Origin: Eledone cirrhosa
Lineage: Eukaryota
Direction of reading: 5' to 3'
DNA length: 64,000 nucleotides
Assembly (NCBI GenBank): GCA_964016885.1
Contig: OZ024741.1
Coordinates: 318,308,001 to 318,372,000 of the forward strand
Shown here: one piece after another, positions 43,718 through 56,789 of the stretch
How positions within the stretch are numbered: the first letter of the stretch is position 1
Layout of the letters: each line of letters opens with the position of its first letter
Program-made: the position numbers and the translations under genes
The notes under the pieces: model-generated
Told to the model about the DNA's origin: nothing
The model's input: only the letters and a program-made list of their open reading frames with translations
The model's database searches: none

Positions 43718-45575
43718 TAATGTCAGACTGGAACCGGCACCACCCCTAGCAATTAACATCAGTAGCTCACCTTACACCTCACATCCACACCCATTTGTAT
43801 ACTCTAAAGATAATACTGACAGCATTTTAGTACCACCTACCCTGGAAATACCCCCTTGTACCTCTAATTCTGATATCTCGACCGTGGACTACTTAATCTG
43901 CATTGCACAAATATAAGATTAGTATAAACCGGGGACACGGTACTGGTTGCGATAACATAGTCCTGTGCATGGATTCCCACCAAGAGATAGATTGATGATT
44001 AGATAGATAATCGTATTGTTATGTGAATATATACTGTAAACGATCGGTTCAATGAATTATGCACAGGAGATGCATGAGTTAGGAGCCTCTGTGTTGCCTG
44101 GTGACCTGACCGGCACCTTTTGACGAGAGAACCGGCCACCGGACCACCCTGGTGAATTTACCGGGGATGCAGTCATACCACGACCTGAATCTCGCCGGGA
44201 GTCATGTATGATAATAAGACCATTACTGATAGTGAGACCCATGTAATTAATTATGTAGTCTGACTCTTCTTATGGATTGGCCGGGTGTGGCACCCCATGT
44301 TGGATTGTGGTCATCATAATACGAACTCCTTTAGTACTTGTTACTGGACTCCACTCTATCTTGTGGATGGGATACCCGATCTATATGTGGGATGTGAGTT
44401 TATGTATTGCTTTGTGGCCAGACAGGTGCCCAGGTATGAGAGATTTAATCTCCAGATTGTAATCATCTTGATGTGAACTCCTTTAGTACCTATTAATAGA
44501 CTCCACTCTAACTTGTAGATGTGATACTTAATTGATTTATATATGAGATGGGGGTTGTCTATTCCTTGATGACCAGACTAGTGCCTTTATATGTGAAATT
44601 AGATCTCCGGACCATATCGAAGATTTACCGGAGATTCAGACATGCAATGACCCGGAGCCTACCGGGGGGCATATATAATAGTCGGACCATACCAGGTCCT
44701 ACTGTTATATTACATTTGCATGGAACAGTGACTTGAGAGTCTGACTCCTCTTATAGAATGTTCAGATAGGACACCCCTTAATGTATGGTAATCATCTTAA
44801 TATATACACCCTTGTACTTCTTATTGGACAACTCTCTAACCTATAATTGGGAAACATACTCTAGAAATTAGTTATAACTTCATATGATAGGCACGTATTT
44901 GAATCACCATTAATGTAGTTTAGGATAGTAATCTAACTAAGATAACTAGCTAGTTACCTCCCCTTACGCGTTAATTCCCCTTAGTCATTCAGACACTTCC
45001 GGAATCTATATGCTGGACCATCGCGAATTATACGATAGACACGTGTTCTATATATTGCGTCTCATGGATTATGTGAGTGGTGGTGTGAGCGAAGATACAA
45101 TAAGGTTTATAGTATGTTGAAAGTTTCTGATATTTTGGTGTTTCCCTGCATCCGAGACCGTATATCATACAGATGTATGAGAATAAATGACTTAATAATT
45201 CAGCCCACATAATAAGATCGATTGCCTGCTTCAACTGCCTGACCCTGCAAATATCATTCTGACGCACTCTAATCATGTATAAATAAGACACGCGTGCATG
45301 CTACACGTGAGATTGTTTCATGCACTGACTACTCTAAGCTTTCCTCTTGCTTTATCTTCATAGACTGCCAACGCTTCATGTTTATCTTTATTTTCATTCT
45401 TGCTTTTATTTTTATTTTTATTTTTATTTTTATTTTTATCCTGTAACCTTTACATGTAAATTGCCATGCTATATCATTTGATGAGTGTCACCCCACTGTT
45501 GATCAATATGCGCATATGTTTTATGTGTCTCTTGGGTTGAAAAGGAGGTCAAGTATGTTATAGATCAGTAAATAG

Positions 45576-45624
45576 TTGCTCCGAAGAATCCAAACCTCGG
45601 CTTGGAGGAAACAATTGTAAGCAA
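45576..45624 (+). ncRNA. Type-I hammerhead, U4C core variant
   Basis: TTGCT-CCGAAGA-aTCCAA acctcggc TTGGAg-GAAA-CAATTG-TA-AGCAA. A third copy lacking the 5' strand of stem I lies at 40937-40981. Confidence 0.78.
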
Positions 45625-45658
45625 ATAAATGACTTAAACTGAACTTTGATTATTGTAA

Positions 45659-45769
<111 letters not shown>

Positions 45770-45794
45770 ACATATATATATATATTTGTGTGTG

Positions 45795-45844
<50 letters not shown>

Positions 45845-45850
45845 TATTTA

Positions 45851-45889
<39 letters not shown>

Positions 45890-45922
45890 TAGAAATTATA
45901 AGCTTTCACCGTATTTTTGTGT

Positions 45923-45993
45923 TGCCGTACATGGGAGTCGAACCCACATCTTTGGTTATCCAGACCACTGTGCTACCATTACACCAATACACA
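45923..45993 (-). ncRNA. tRNA-like cloverleaf (not a credible functional tRNA gene)
   Basis: D arm GTGT-aatggta-GCAC, anticodon arm TGGT-ctGGAta-ACCA, T arm GTGGG-ttcgact-CCCAT, acceptor 5 of 7 pairs. A and B boxes intact. Confidence 0.8.
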
Positions 45994-46145
45994 TCCCGTC
46001 TCCTTCCATTCAAATTAGAAGCTATGAACTTAGCAAGTGAATGATAAACAAGCAAATTATAAATGTAAACATGTAAGTATGTTTTTGAAACGGTGCGCGA
46101 GTTTGAAAATTAGAAATTAGAAATTAGAAGCTTTCACCGTATTTT

Positions 46146-46216
46146 AGTGTATTGGTGTAATGGTAGCACAGTGGTCTGGATAACCAAAGATGTGGGTTCG
46201 ACTCCCATGTACGGCA
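46146..46216 (+). ncRNA. tRNA-like cloverleaf (second, inverted copy)
   Basis: Same sequence as 45923-45993, followed 10 nt later by TTTTT. Confidence 0.8.
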
Positions 46217-46381
46217 ACACTCATCTTTTTCCATTTCTCCGAGGGTTATAAACCCCACTATCAGGCTAGAAATTTCTTTAGTCTAAAATACGGTGAAAGC
46301 TTATAATTTCTAATTTCTAATTTTCAAACTCGCGCACCGTTTCAAAAACATAGTTACATGTTTACATTTATAATTTGCTTG

Positions 46382-46415
<34 letters not shown>

Positions 46416-46425
46416 TATGTGTGTG

Positions 46426-46456
<31 letters not shown>

Positions 46457-46467
46457 GTATATATATA

Positions 46468-46539
<72 letters not shown>

Positions 46540-46557
46540 TATATATTTATGTATATA

Positions 46558-46638
<81 letters not shown>

Positions 46639-46654
46639 TTATTTATATATATAT

Positions 46655-47150
46655 CATTGTAAAGGACTGCCTGAGGTTTGAACTCATTATTAATAGTATC
46701 ACTGCTCCTTACGTAGAGCTAAATTTAGCCCCATATATACGGCTGTTATTTCTAGCAGCATGAGTATGGGGCAGCTAGACACTGGATAACCGTATGTGAA
46801 AAACCATGTGCGTTAAACAGTCTTTTTAAATATTTTGAAGTGGTACATACCAATTTTTCTGGTGCTTGCTGAGGAGATAGAAAGGCGGTATTCTTCCACT
46901 TTTTTCATTTTTCGAAACATATTTGGATTTTAAGGTTTAAACCTGTCTACGGAACAGGTTTGATTTTGAAATTTAAATTTGTCCAAGCACCACGGCCATT
47001 TGCCAATATGCTTTGTTTTTATTGATTTATTATTTTAAATCGAGACAGGCAAACTGTATTATTATAATTAATATTTTTCAATCTAGCTAACTTTAGTCGT
47101 TTACAATACAAACACGGATATGTTGGTATTTATGTTTATCAAATATATTA

Positions 47151-47152
<2 letters not shown>
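46655..47152 (+). mobile_element. pLTR-like repeat in (TA)n
   Basis: Homologous to 34380-34600. Possible degenerate CTGAGGA..GAAA core at 46869-46917. Confidence 0.55.
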
Positions 47153-47228
<76 letters not shown>

Positions 47229-47231
47229 ATT

Positions 47232-47266
<35 letters not shown>

Positions 47267-47273
47267 ATTTATA

Positions 47274-47417
<144 letters not shown>

Positions 47418-47419
47418 TA

Positions 47420-47478
<59 letters not shown>

Positions 47479-47587
47479 TTATGTGTATATATATATATAT
47501 ATATATGTATATATTTATGTATATATATATATGTATATATATATATGTATATATTTATGTATATATATATATATGTATATATTTATG

Positions 47588-47618
<31 letters not shown>

Positions 47619-47631
47619 ATTTATATATATG

Positions 47632-47662
<31 letters not shown>

Positions 47663-47671
47663 ATATATATT

Positions 47672-47752
<81 letters not shown>

Positions 47753-47753
47753 T

Positions 47754-47788
<35 letters not shown>

Positions 47789-47963
47789 GTATATATATAT
47801 ATATATATATATTTATGTATATATATATATATATATATTTATGTATATATATATATATATATTTATGTATATATATATATATATGTATATATATAATATA
47901 TATATACATAAATATATACATATATATATATATATATACATAAATATATACATATATATATAT

Positions 47964-48680
47964 ATATACGATATTAATAAATGGAAACTATGTTTATAAA
48001 ACCATATTTATTTCATTATACATATTTCAGGGATACCAAATTAAAATATGGTATGCCTTCATCAGACAAAATACAATATATAAACAGTTTTATAAATAAT
48101 TTTGAGGTACCCTATTAAATGCAACCATTATTTTTGGAAGCTGTCTGGATAGTGAAATGTTTATTATTTTATTAGTTATAGTGGTAAGAACAATTAGAAA
48201 AAGACGGAGAGAAAGAAAGAAAAAACGGAGAGAGAGAAGGAGAGAGAAAGAAGGAGAGAGAGAAAAAGAAAACCTGGAGAAATATCGGAGAGAGAAATGT
48301 ATGTAGAAAAGAAAGAGATAAATAGATAGGAGGAAATGAAAAGAAAGAAAAAAGGAAGAAATAAGAAATCCAAAGGAGAGCATAACTAATAAAATAATAA
48401 ACATTTCACAATCCAGACAGCTTCCAAAAATAATGGTTGCATTTAATAGGGTACGTCAAAATTATTTATAAAACTGTTTCTATATTGTATTTTGTCTGAT
48501 GAAGGCATACCATATTTTAATTTGGTATCCCTGAAATATGTATAATGAAATAAATATGGTTTTATAAATATAGTTTCCATTTATTAATATCGTATATCTA
48601 CTCCAAAAACTTGAGTGCTTTATATCAGTTATAAAATATTTACTTGTTGTATCCCAACAATTTTAAATAGAACTTTTGCA
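47964..48680. mobile_element. Fold-back pLTR element (187-bp arms) with two HHR-like cores
   Basis: 47964-48150 is the reverse complement of 48411-48597. CTGATGA-AGGcATACCA..TGGTATcCCT-GAAA-TATG-TA at 48496-48542. Stem I is imperfect. Confidence 0.8.
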
Positions 48681-48772
48681 TATATATATATATATTTATG
48701 TATATATATATATATATTTATGTATATATATATATATATATATTTATGTATATATATATATATATATATATT

Positions 48773-48807
<35 letters not shown>

Positions 48808-48824
48808 GTATATATATATATATT

Positions 48825-48897
<73 letters not shown>

Positions 48898-48978
48898 CGA
48901 AGGAAATGTGGTAAGGAACCAGGTGGACCATAACGCACCAAAGTACTCAATACTTGAGGTAGTAGAGTGGGTAATAGG

Positions 48979-49084
48979 AACCAGTAAGACCCCGACAGCT
49001 GAGCTCAAGCCGTTTCGACGGCTAATTCAGTCCAGAATTAGCCGTCGAAACGGCTTGAGCTCAGCTGTCGGGGTCTTACTGGTT
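48979..49084. repeat. Perfect 50-bp inverted repeat with 6-nt spacer
   Basis: AACCAGTAAGACCCC..GCTAATTC agtcca GAATTAGC..GGGGTCTTACTGGTT, inside a short island in (TA)n. Confidence 0.95.
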
Positions 49085-49200
49085 TATATATATATATATA
49101 TGTGTGTGTATATATATATATTTATGTATATATATATATATTTATGTATATATATATATATATATTTATGTATATATATATATATATATATATATTTATG

Positions 49201-49236
<36 letters not shown>

Positions 49237-49331
49237 TATGTATATATATATGCAAAAGTTCTATATATATATATATATATGTGTATATATATGCATATGT
49301 ATATATATATATGCATATATATATGTATATG

Positions 49332-49384
<53 letters not shown>

Positions 49385-49535
49385 GTATATATATATCCTG
49401 ATTCTCTTTTGAGATGAGTTTGAGTTATTTTTCCTAAATCTTTCGTTAACTACTTTTCCCATCTTGACGTTATAGTCGCATATATGTTATAGAATGCCGT
49501 TAGCTTCTTGCTAAAACAATCTCTATACCTCTCAT

Positions 49536-49759
<224 letters not shown>

Positions 49760-49776
49760 TTATATATATATATATG

Positions 49777-49807
<31 letters not shown>

Positions 49808-49818
49808 GTATATATATG

Positions 49819-49887
<69 letters not shown>

Positions 49888-49908
49888 GTATATATATGTA
49901 TATATATG

Positions 49909-49965
<57 letters not shown>

Positions 49966-49976
49966 GTATATATATG

Positions 49977-50083
<107 letters not shown>

Positions 50084-50087
50084 ATAC

Positions 50088-50161
<74 letters not shown>

Positions 50162-50165
50162 ATAC

Positions 50166-50214
<49 letters not shown>

Positions 50215-50215
50215 C

Positions 50216-50338
<123 letters not shown>

Positions 50339-50351
50339 CATATATATATAA

Positions 50352-50427
<76 letters not shown>

Positions 50428-51749
50428 GGGGGGGGGGTATGTGTGCGTGTACTTTATATTCTATATAATTATTTCTAAAAATTGTTCCTAAATTAAACAC
50501 AAGGCCAGCAATTTAGGGATGGAGAAGAAAGTTGATTATATGGACCCCAGAACTTTACTGTTACTTTATTTTATCGACTCCTGGAACATCACAATGTATA
50601 GGATTGTTTTAGCGATTGAATCTTCAATCTTGACCTAATTCCACGAGGCTGTATATAAACAAGACGGTATCCAAAAAATACCTATGTGTAGTGATTCCTT
50701 TACAAACCAATTCTCCCTCTTGAAAGTGTATGTTATGATGGATGCTCCGTCTGTTTTCGATGAGCATTCAGTGTGTTCAATTTATGTCCGACTCGGAAAT
50801 TAACGTACGTTGAAATTAAAGTACGTCACAAACACGTGTAGGTAAACGTAATAACAAAACCTAATAAGCGTAACGTATATGGAATGGAATGAACATCAGT
50901 TGTATTCGACGCGGGTTGATTCACTTACTAGATGAACCGAATGTTCAAATTCGTAAATTAACTCATGTGTGGCTGAGCGCCACTTGTACGCTTAAGGTAA
51001 TTCCCAAGCCGAATGAACGTGGTAGAATATGTGATAAGACCAGAACTTTTAATTACAAACATTCAACCAATTCGATATGCTTCCACATAGTTTCTGCCTG
51101 CAAATTTAACTCACAAAGTTTGGGTCGACACAAGACTATGGTAAAGCCACTTGTTTGTCCAAGATGTCACTCAGTGGGATCGAACTCCAGACCTCATGAT
51201 TGTCACGCAATCTTTTTCCAGACAAGCTTACATTCACCTAAATATCTTAACATTTGCTAAGCATGCTTTCTTCCGCTCGTATGTTTCCATCTCTTCCCTC
51301 CACTGCAGCAAGTTGTATCCGTTGATAATTGTACAATCAAACAAACACATTACAAACCTTCATTCTACTTCAAGAATACCAGTCAAGCGAAGATCTTCAA
51401 CGGGTTTGTGCAAAAGGAGAGAGGGGAGAACGAAACGAAACGGATAAAGAGGTTAATGGAAATATCTTTCTCAACATTTTCTTTTTTTGCATCTGCATGC
51501 ATTTATACGTGTTGATGCATTTCCGAGTTGTATTTTACATGCAATTTTACATGAAATTCTCTCTAAGCATTAATTTTCACATTTTTATGTTCTCTCCACG
51601 TCATGTCCCTTCCTATTTCTCTTCCTTCTTTGTGAACAGTACGCAGTTGGTCTTTCCAAACTTTATTCCGTTAAGATGTCAGGCATATGTAAATATGTAT
51701 GGTGTGTGTATGTGTGTGCGCGCGTATAATATATATATATATAATATAT

Positions 51750-51784
<35 letters not shown>

Positions 51785-52169
51785 GTCATCGTTTTTACGT
51801 GGCCTTTTCTATGCTGGCATGGGTTGGTGAGGTTCTTTTACAGCCCGATGCCCTTCCTGATGCCAACCCTTTAAAGATGCCCTTTATGACACGCTGGGAT
51901 ACAGTGTGTCTGTTCTAAACATTGGTGACGCTGTTCACCTTTTCTGTCTCTAGGGGCTTATATCCACAACTTACGCTTTTTTTCTGTAAAAATAAAAACG
52001 GGCGTCGTAGCCGTTAAAATAATTTAATGTATATATATACATGCGTATGTGTATGTGTATGAAAATACATTTCCTCTTTCTGCTCTACGTCAGAATAACC
52101 ACCCACCATGGGCAGAGCAAGCCATTAAAGAAAATATATGCAAATTATATTTAGAGAAAAATGACAATT

Positions 52170-52540
52170 TGCAGGAAGACAGGATATCCTGTGACATTCA
52201 TCTGTCTTGATTATCTAATATAGTTCTTCCATCTCTATCGTATATCAGATATCACTACTCAGATAACTTAACTGCTCATGGTGGAGATGGGGGAATGCCC
52301 ATTTACATGACTTTAAGTCCGAACTAATGACCCGAGGAAAATGTTCGGGGCTTAACTGATCACTTCCTTTTTATGTTGGTCGTCGTCACGTTGTGTGCTC
52401 TCGATGCCTGAAGTGCCGTTTTCCTCCGCAAAATTGGGAGGATTGCATCTCGCCTGAGGAAGGAACCTCATGAGGTAGAGTGGCTGGTGTAGTGAGTCAC
52501 GGTGGCTGTTCTCAGTGGCAATGTGTTCGCCAATGTGTAT
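52170..52540 (+). mobile_element. Relic of a CRE-like non-LTR element (restriction-like endonuclease C-terminus)
   Basis: LTDHFLF..TLCALD..FLRKIGRIA..EPHEVEWLV**VTVAVLSGNVFA resembles the ETLG..FL..LGRR..EPRE..WL.QRLS.AV.RGN terminus. Confidence 0.5.
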
Positions 52541-52973
52541 TTTCATTTTCAAGAACAAAATTTTCTAATTACGCCCTTCCGCCAAAAAAAAGAAGAAGAC
52601 ATTTTTATGGTTGGCTTTATAATAAAATGGTCCTCCGTCTATTTCGGCAATGAATATTTCGGTGCTTCGACTAACGGAACTGCCTGCTAATGAAATTAAC
52701 TTGAGCATTCGATAGAAATTGTTGCTAGCTGATTGGATTGCAGCAACATGAAATAATGTATTGTGTTCAAGACACATCGCGCTATAGTGAATCGACCTCA
52801 TGTTTTTACGATCGTGAGCTGGACTTCTTAACCAATAAGCGCTGCGTTTACACATACATACATATCCAGGCCATGAGTGAATATATAAAACATACTTATA
52901 TATATATATAAAATTAATATTTTATTTCTCGCTTCAGCATGTATTTCTACGTATGCATGCTTACATTTATCTA

Positions 52974-53015
<42 letters not shown>

Positions 53016-53173
53016 GGGTGCTCTGGAATAGCGATATATATATGAATGTATATATAGTGTATTTTGCAATACACTGTATGCTTAATTAAAAGCATTTTGA
53101 AGACCTTACGCTATTGTTTTAGAGTAGTGACAGTCTTACTTACTTTAAATTTTCAGCAAACAGGGGGAGATAA

Positions 53174-53218
53174 AGCTGACAGAGCTCTGTTTCGTACTAT
53201 TTGGTACTTATCAAAGCT
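53174..53218 (-). ncRNA. Type-I hammerhead, U3-A8 variant
   Basis: AGCT-TTGATAA-GTAC caaata GTAC-GAAA-CAGAGCTCTG-TC-AGCT. Confidence 0.82.
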
Positions 53219-53471
53219 AAGTACTCCACCTGTTTGCTGAAAATCATGAATGTTTGATTCTTATAGAATTCTAGTAATAATCAGGAACTGATTATACAGA
53301 ACGGTTGCACTATATATATACATTCATATATATATCGCTATTTCAGAGCACCAATTCTAATTTTCAATTTCTGCTTGACCGGCAACCGCGCTGTATAAGC
53401 AGTTCCTGATTATTACTAGAATTCTATAAGAATCAAACATTCATGATTTTCAGCAAACAGGTGGAGTACTT

Positions 53472-53516
53472 AGCTTTGATAAATACCAAATAGTACGAAA
53501 CAGAGCTCTGTCAGCT
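53472..53516 (+). ncRNA. Type-I hammerhead, U3-A8 variant
   Basis: As 53174-53218, with one stem II substitution. Confidence 0.78.
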
Positions 53517-53676
53517 TTACCTCCCCTGTTTGCTGAAAATTTAAAGTAAGTGAGACTGTCACTAAAGTAAGTGAGACTGTCACTAAAGTAAGTGAGACTG
53601 TCACTACTCTAGCGTAAGGTCTTCAAAATGCTTTTAATTAAGCATACAGTGTATTGCAAAATACACTATATATACA

Positions 53677-53715
<39 letters not shown>

Positions 53716-54072
53716 GAGAAGGAGCACACGAGTTGGAATATATATATATATGAAAATAGGGAGAAAAAGGCGATTATTAGGAAGACAAATTTTTTTTTTT
53801 CCTTTTATTTTTTCTCTTTATTCTGGGTTAGAAAATGCTTAAAACAAAATATTTTACTTTGTGTGAAGTATTAAGGTATTAGTTAATTTATTTATTAATT
53901 AACAATGGCATTTATTTATTTATTTATATATTTAAGAAAAAATAGAAAAAATAAAAGGAAATAAAATATTTGTGTTCCTAATAATCGTCTTTTTCTCCCT
54001 ATTTTCGTATATATATATATATATTATGAAAATAAACCAAAGAAGCCTTCAATACATCAAAAGTCTTTATTA

Positions 54073-54110
54073 GCCAACAATGTTTCGTCCTATTAAGGAC
54101 TCATCAGGGC
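54073..54110 (-). ncRNA. Canonical minimal hammerhead ribozyme
   Basis: GCC-CTGATGA-GTCC ttaata GGAC-GAAA-CATTG-TT-GGC. Confidence 0.92.
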
Positions 54111-54210
54111 AAGTAAAGCTATAAGAAGCACTATCGGCCAATACAAGCCTATGCTTTAATGTATGTATACTCCATATTCTTCTGAGTTTTTGGCTTATAT
54201 AGCTTTACTT

Positions 54211-54247
54211 GCCCTGATGAGTCCTTAATAGGACGAAACATTGTGGC
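54211..54247 (+). ncRNA. Minimal hammerhead, cleavage-site nucleotide deleted
   Basis: Same as 54073-54110 but CATTG-T-GGC. Confidence 0.8.
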
Positions 54248-55109
54248 TAATAAAGACTTTTGATGTATTGAAGGCTTCTTTGGTTTATTTTCATAATTTT
54301 TCGGCTCTGTTTAATTACATTGAGCTATATCTTTACTGTCATTTCTATAATATGAAGAGGGTGTTTAACTCCAACACACTCTAGTATTTTAATTCTTATA
54401 TATATATATATATATTAAAATAACAGATTAAAGTTTAAGCAAAGAATAGCTGCTTTCATCCTTAACGGGATCTTATATATATATTTATATAGTGCCAAGA
54501 GTTTTCGAAGAATACATCAAGAATAGATATGCCTGAAAATAACTAAACTATCAGATATAGAATATCTGTCCTATTCTGACTGAAGTTTGAAACCTTAGGT
54601 AGCATGCATTTGTGCTGAGATCTTATTCATACACACACACACTAACACGCACACAGGCACACGCACACATACTCACACATACACGCTCACATATATATAT
54701 ATTATTTGATTAACGACAATGTCAACAAGTTTTGATAACGCCTATGAATCAAGATATAAATAGTATAACTAATATACATATATAAATATATATATGTAGC
54801 ATGTATTTATATATATATGACTGTGTGGCGTACTTACGTATAGCTCGTCCGGCTGTAGTTGGTTCGTGTCCCCCACCCCATTCTGTCTTGGCTTCTGAAC
54901 GACATAGTAGTAGCGGGGTATGTAGGCGCAAAGGTTAGGGTAGAAGAAAAGACAAACTACTATGTGATAGCATCTAGACAGTGAAGATCGTAGGCAACTT
55001 CTACTTACCTAAAAGACAAAAAGAAAAAAAAAGAAAGAAATTAGAGTTATTATTCAGGATAGATTAAAAAGAGGCGGGAAAGGCAGCGCATATAATAATT
55101 ACAGTATGT

Positions 55110-55305
55110 AATAATTGTTTCTACTTTTGGCACAAGGCCAGCAATTAACCAGTACATTACTGGTATTTTATTTTATCGACGCCGTAAGGATGAAAGGCAA
55201 AGTTAACCGCGATGGGATTTGATCTCAGATCATAAAGGGCCGTAGCTCTATGCTGCAAAGCATGGCATCCGACCATCTACCGATACTGCCAATCCACCGC
55301 CCTTC
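55110..55305 (-). mobile_element. tRNA-derived SINE
   Basis: Reverse complement of the 35905-36092 family. Confidence 0.88.
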
Positions 55306-55332
55306 ACAATATGTAATAATAATAATAATAAT

Positions 55333-56508
55333 GATTTCTTTATAGGCCACAAGGGCTGACATCAAGAAAAACATTACAGACTGCACAGGACGGTACGACG
55401 TGGGTTTTGTGCGTGTAAAGATTTTTATTATTTATATAATATAATAAAAGAAAAAGACATAGAAACATATATATATATAAACAATAAAAATGAAAATTGA
55501 AACAATTAAAAATTCCCCAATAGGAGGGAAACCTCCGAGCGTTACTCGTGGTGAAAACCACACAAAAGACCACGGCCACCTTGACCACCAGGGCAATCGC
55601 TCTCTCTCAATTTTTCCATTTCTCAAAATACAGACGTATATTCAGAGCGGTCCCATTCACTCGGACCATTCCCGCTACATTCACCCACCTTTCAATAAAC
55701 ATGCTAGAAGGCAGCATTTGCCTCTCCACCCTGATGTGAAACTTGAAAAAGTTAATTAGGGTTTCGCCGAAGAGGAAAGTGTCTGTCTTTAACCCTTTTA
55801 ACCTTGTCCACCGCTCAATCTCTTTCGCCATGGCCACCAGGCAGATGAAAACCGCCTGCCCTTCCTCCTTGAAGGAAGACGGCGAGACCATCTGCACAAT
55901 GGACTCAGTCGATAACCGGATCAGTCCTACACGCGACAGCAACTGTTCGACATAGTTCCACAAGTCAGCAATGCTCGGGCACTGAACGAGTGCGTGCACG
56001 ACGGTTTCGTCGCTCTGCACGCGTCTCGGACAGGCTCGACTGACGGCACTTCCGTGCCTGTAGAGCTTATCTCGAACCGGCAGCGCTCCCCGGTAGCACT
56101 GCCAGGCCAGGGATTTTTGGAAGTTATCCATAGGCCCTGGGCTGAAAGTTCTCCGGAAGAGAGCAAACAGCTGATCTTCTTCGACGTCCAGGATCTCTCC
56201 GAGACGATCGTCGCTCTTCCCCTCCACTAGTCCTCTATAGAACGTCGAGGTGGATGTTCCACCGATACTGGTGCCCAGCTGGCAGAGGGCGGTGAGCACC
56301 GGGAGACATTCCAGTTTCCAAGCGCTATCCCACGGTCTTTTCCTGACCCAGGACTGCAGCTCCGTCAAGGAGACGAGATGTGGGAAAACGTGCCTGGCGA
56401 ACGTCGACCACACCTGTTCACCATCAATGAAGCACCAGAGATGTCGCAGCCTCAGCGCATGTTTGCGCATCATCAGCCATGGCATGCCCAGTCCTCCACG
56501 CAACAGGT
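55333..56508 (-). mobile_element. 5'-truncated Tx1-clade LINE in (TAA)n
   Basis: ORF 55607-56503: GGLGMP, MDNFQKSLAW, ALPVRDKL, zinc finger CPRR..ETVVHALVQC. (TAA)n on both sides. Confidence 0.9.
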
Positions 56509-56789
56509 GATAATAATAATAATAATAATGATTTCATTTATTGGCCACAAGGGCCGACATATAGGGGACAATACAAAAGACTAGAACATTGGGGTTTTAC
56601 AGAAAAATCGAGTAAACAATATGAATAAACAAAGTAACAATAAAGTAACAAGAAAATTACAACAAGAAAACATTCCCCAATAGGGGGATGACCACCTAGG
56701 GTTCGCTCAGATACCCCACCAGTGATGAACGACTCGACGCTTCGAGATCACCCTGGAAGGGCACCCCTCTCCTCTTCAAATTTACCTAC

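Larger units (their letters stand above)
45889..46381. mobile_element. Fold-back, partially tandem small element carrying a tRNA-like cloverleaf, in (TA)n
   Basis: Minus part 45889-46146 and plus part 46147-46381 are circularly permuted pieces of one monomer of roughly 300 bp. Both outer ends join (TA)n. Confidence 0.85.
53011..53690. mobile_element. Retrozyme-like fold-back element, diverged relative of the 310-bp monomer
   Basis: Shares TATCGCTATTTCAGAGCA, GACCGGCAACCGC, CAGTTCCTG, TTCTATAAG and GGTCTTCAAAATG with 27089-28436. Inversion near 53309. (TA)n flanks. Confidence 0.88.
54023..54398. mobile_element. Fold-back solo pLTR (Hydra-like family) in (TA)n
   Basis: 54023-54123 is the inverse of 54197-54297. 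The downstream ATTACATTGAGCTAT block matches 41051-41065. Confidence 0.85.

Noticed and set aside
46146-46216. Functional tRNA-Ser(GGA) gene
   Set aside because: The acceptor stem is incomplete, there is no long variable arm, position 37 is a pyrimidine, and it is duplicated inside a repeat.
46225-46310. Hammerhead or twister ribozyme around GGGTTATAAACCC and GAAAGCTT
   Set aside because: No CUGANGA-type core is correctly placed and the twister pseudoknot pairings could not be built. A non-canonical structure is not excluded.
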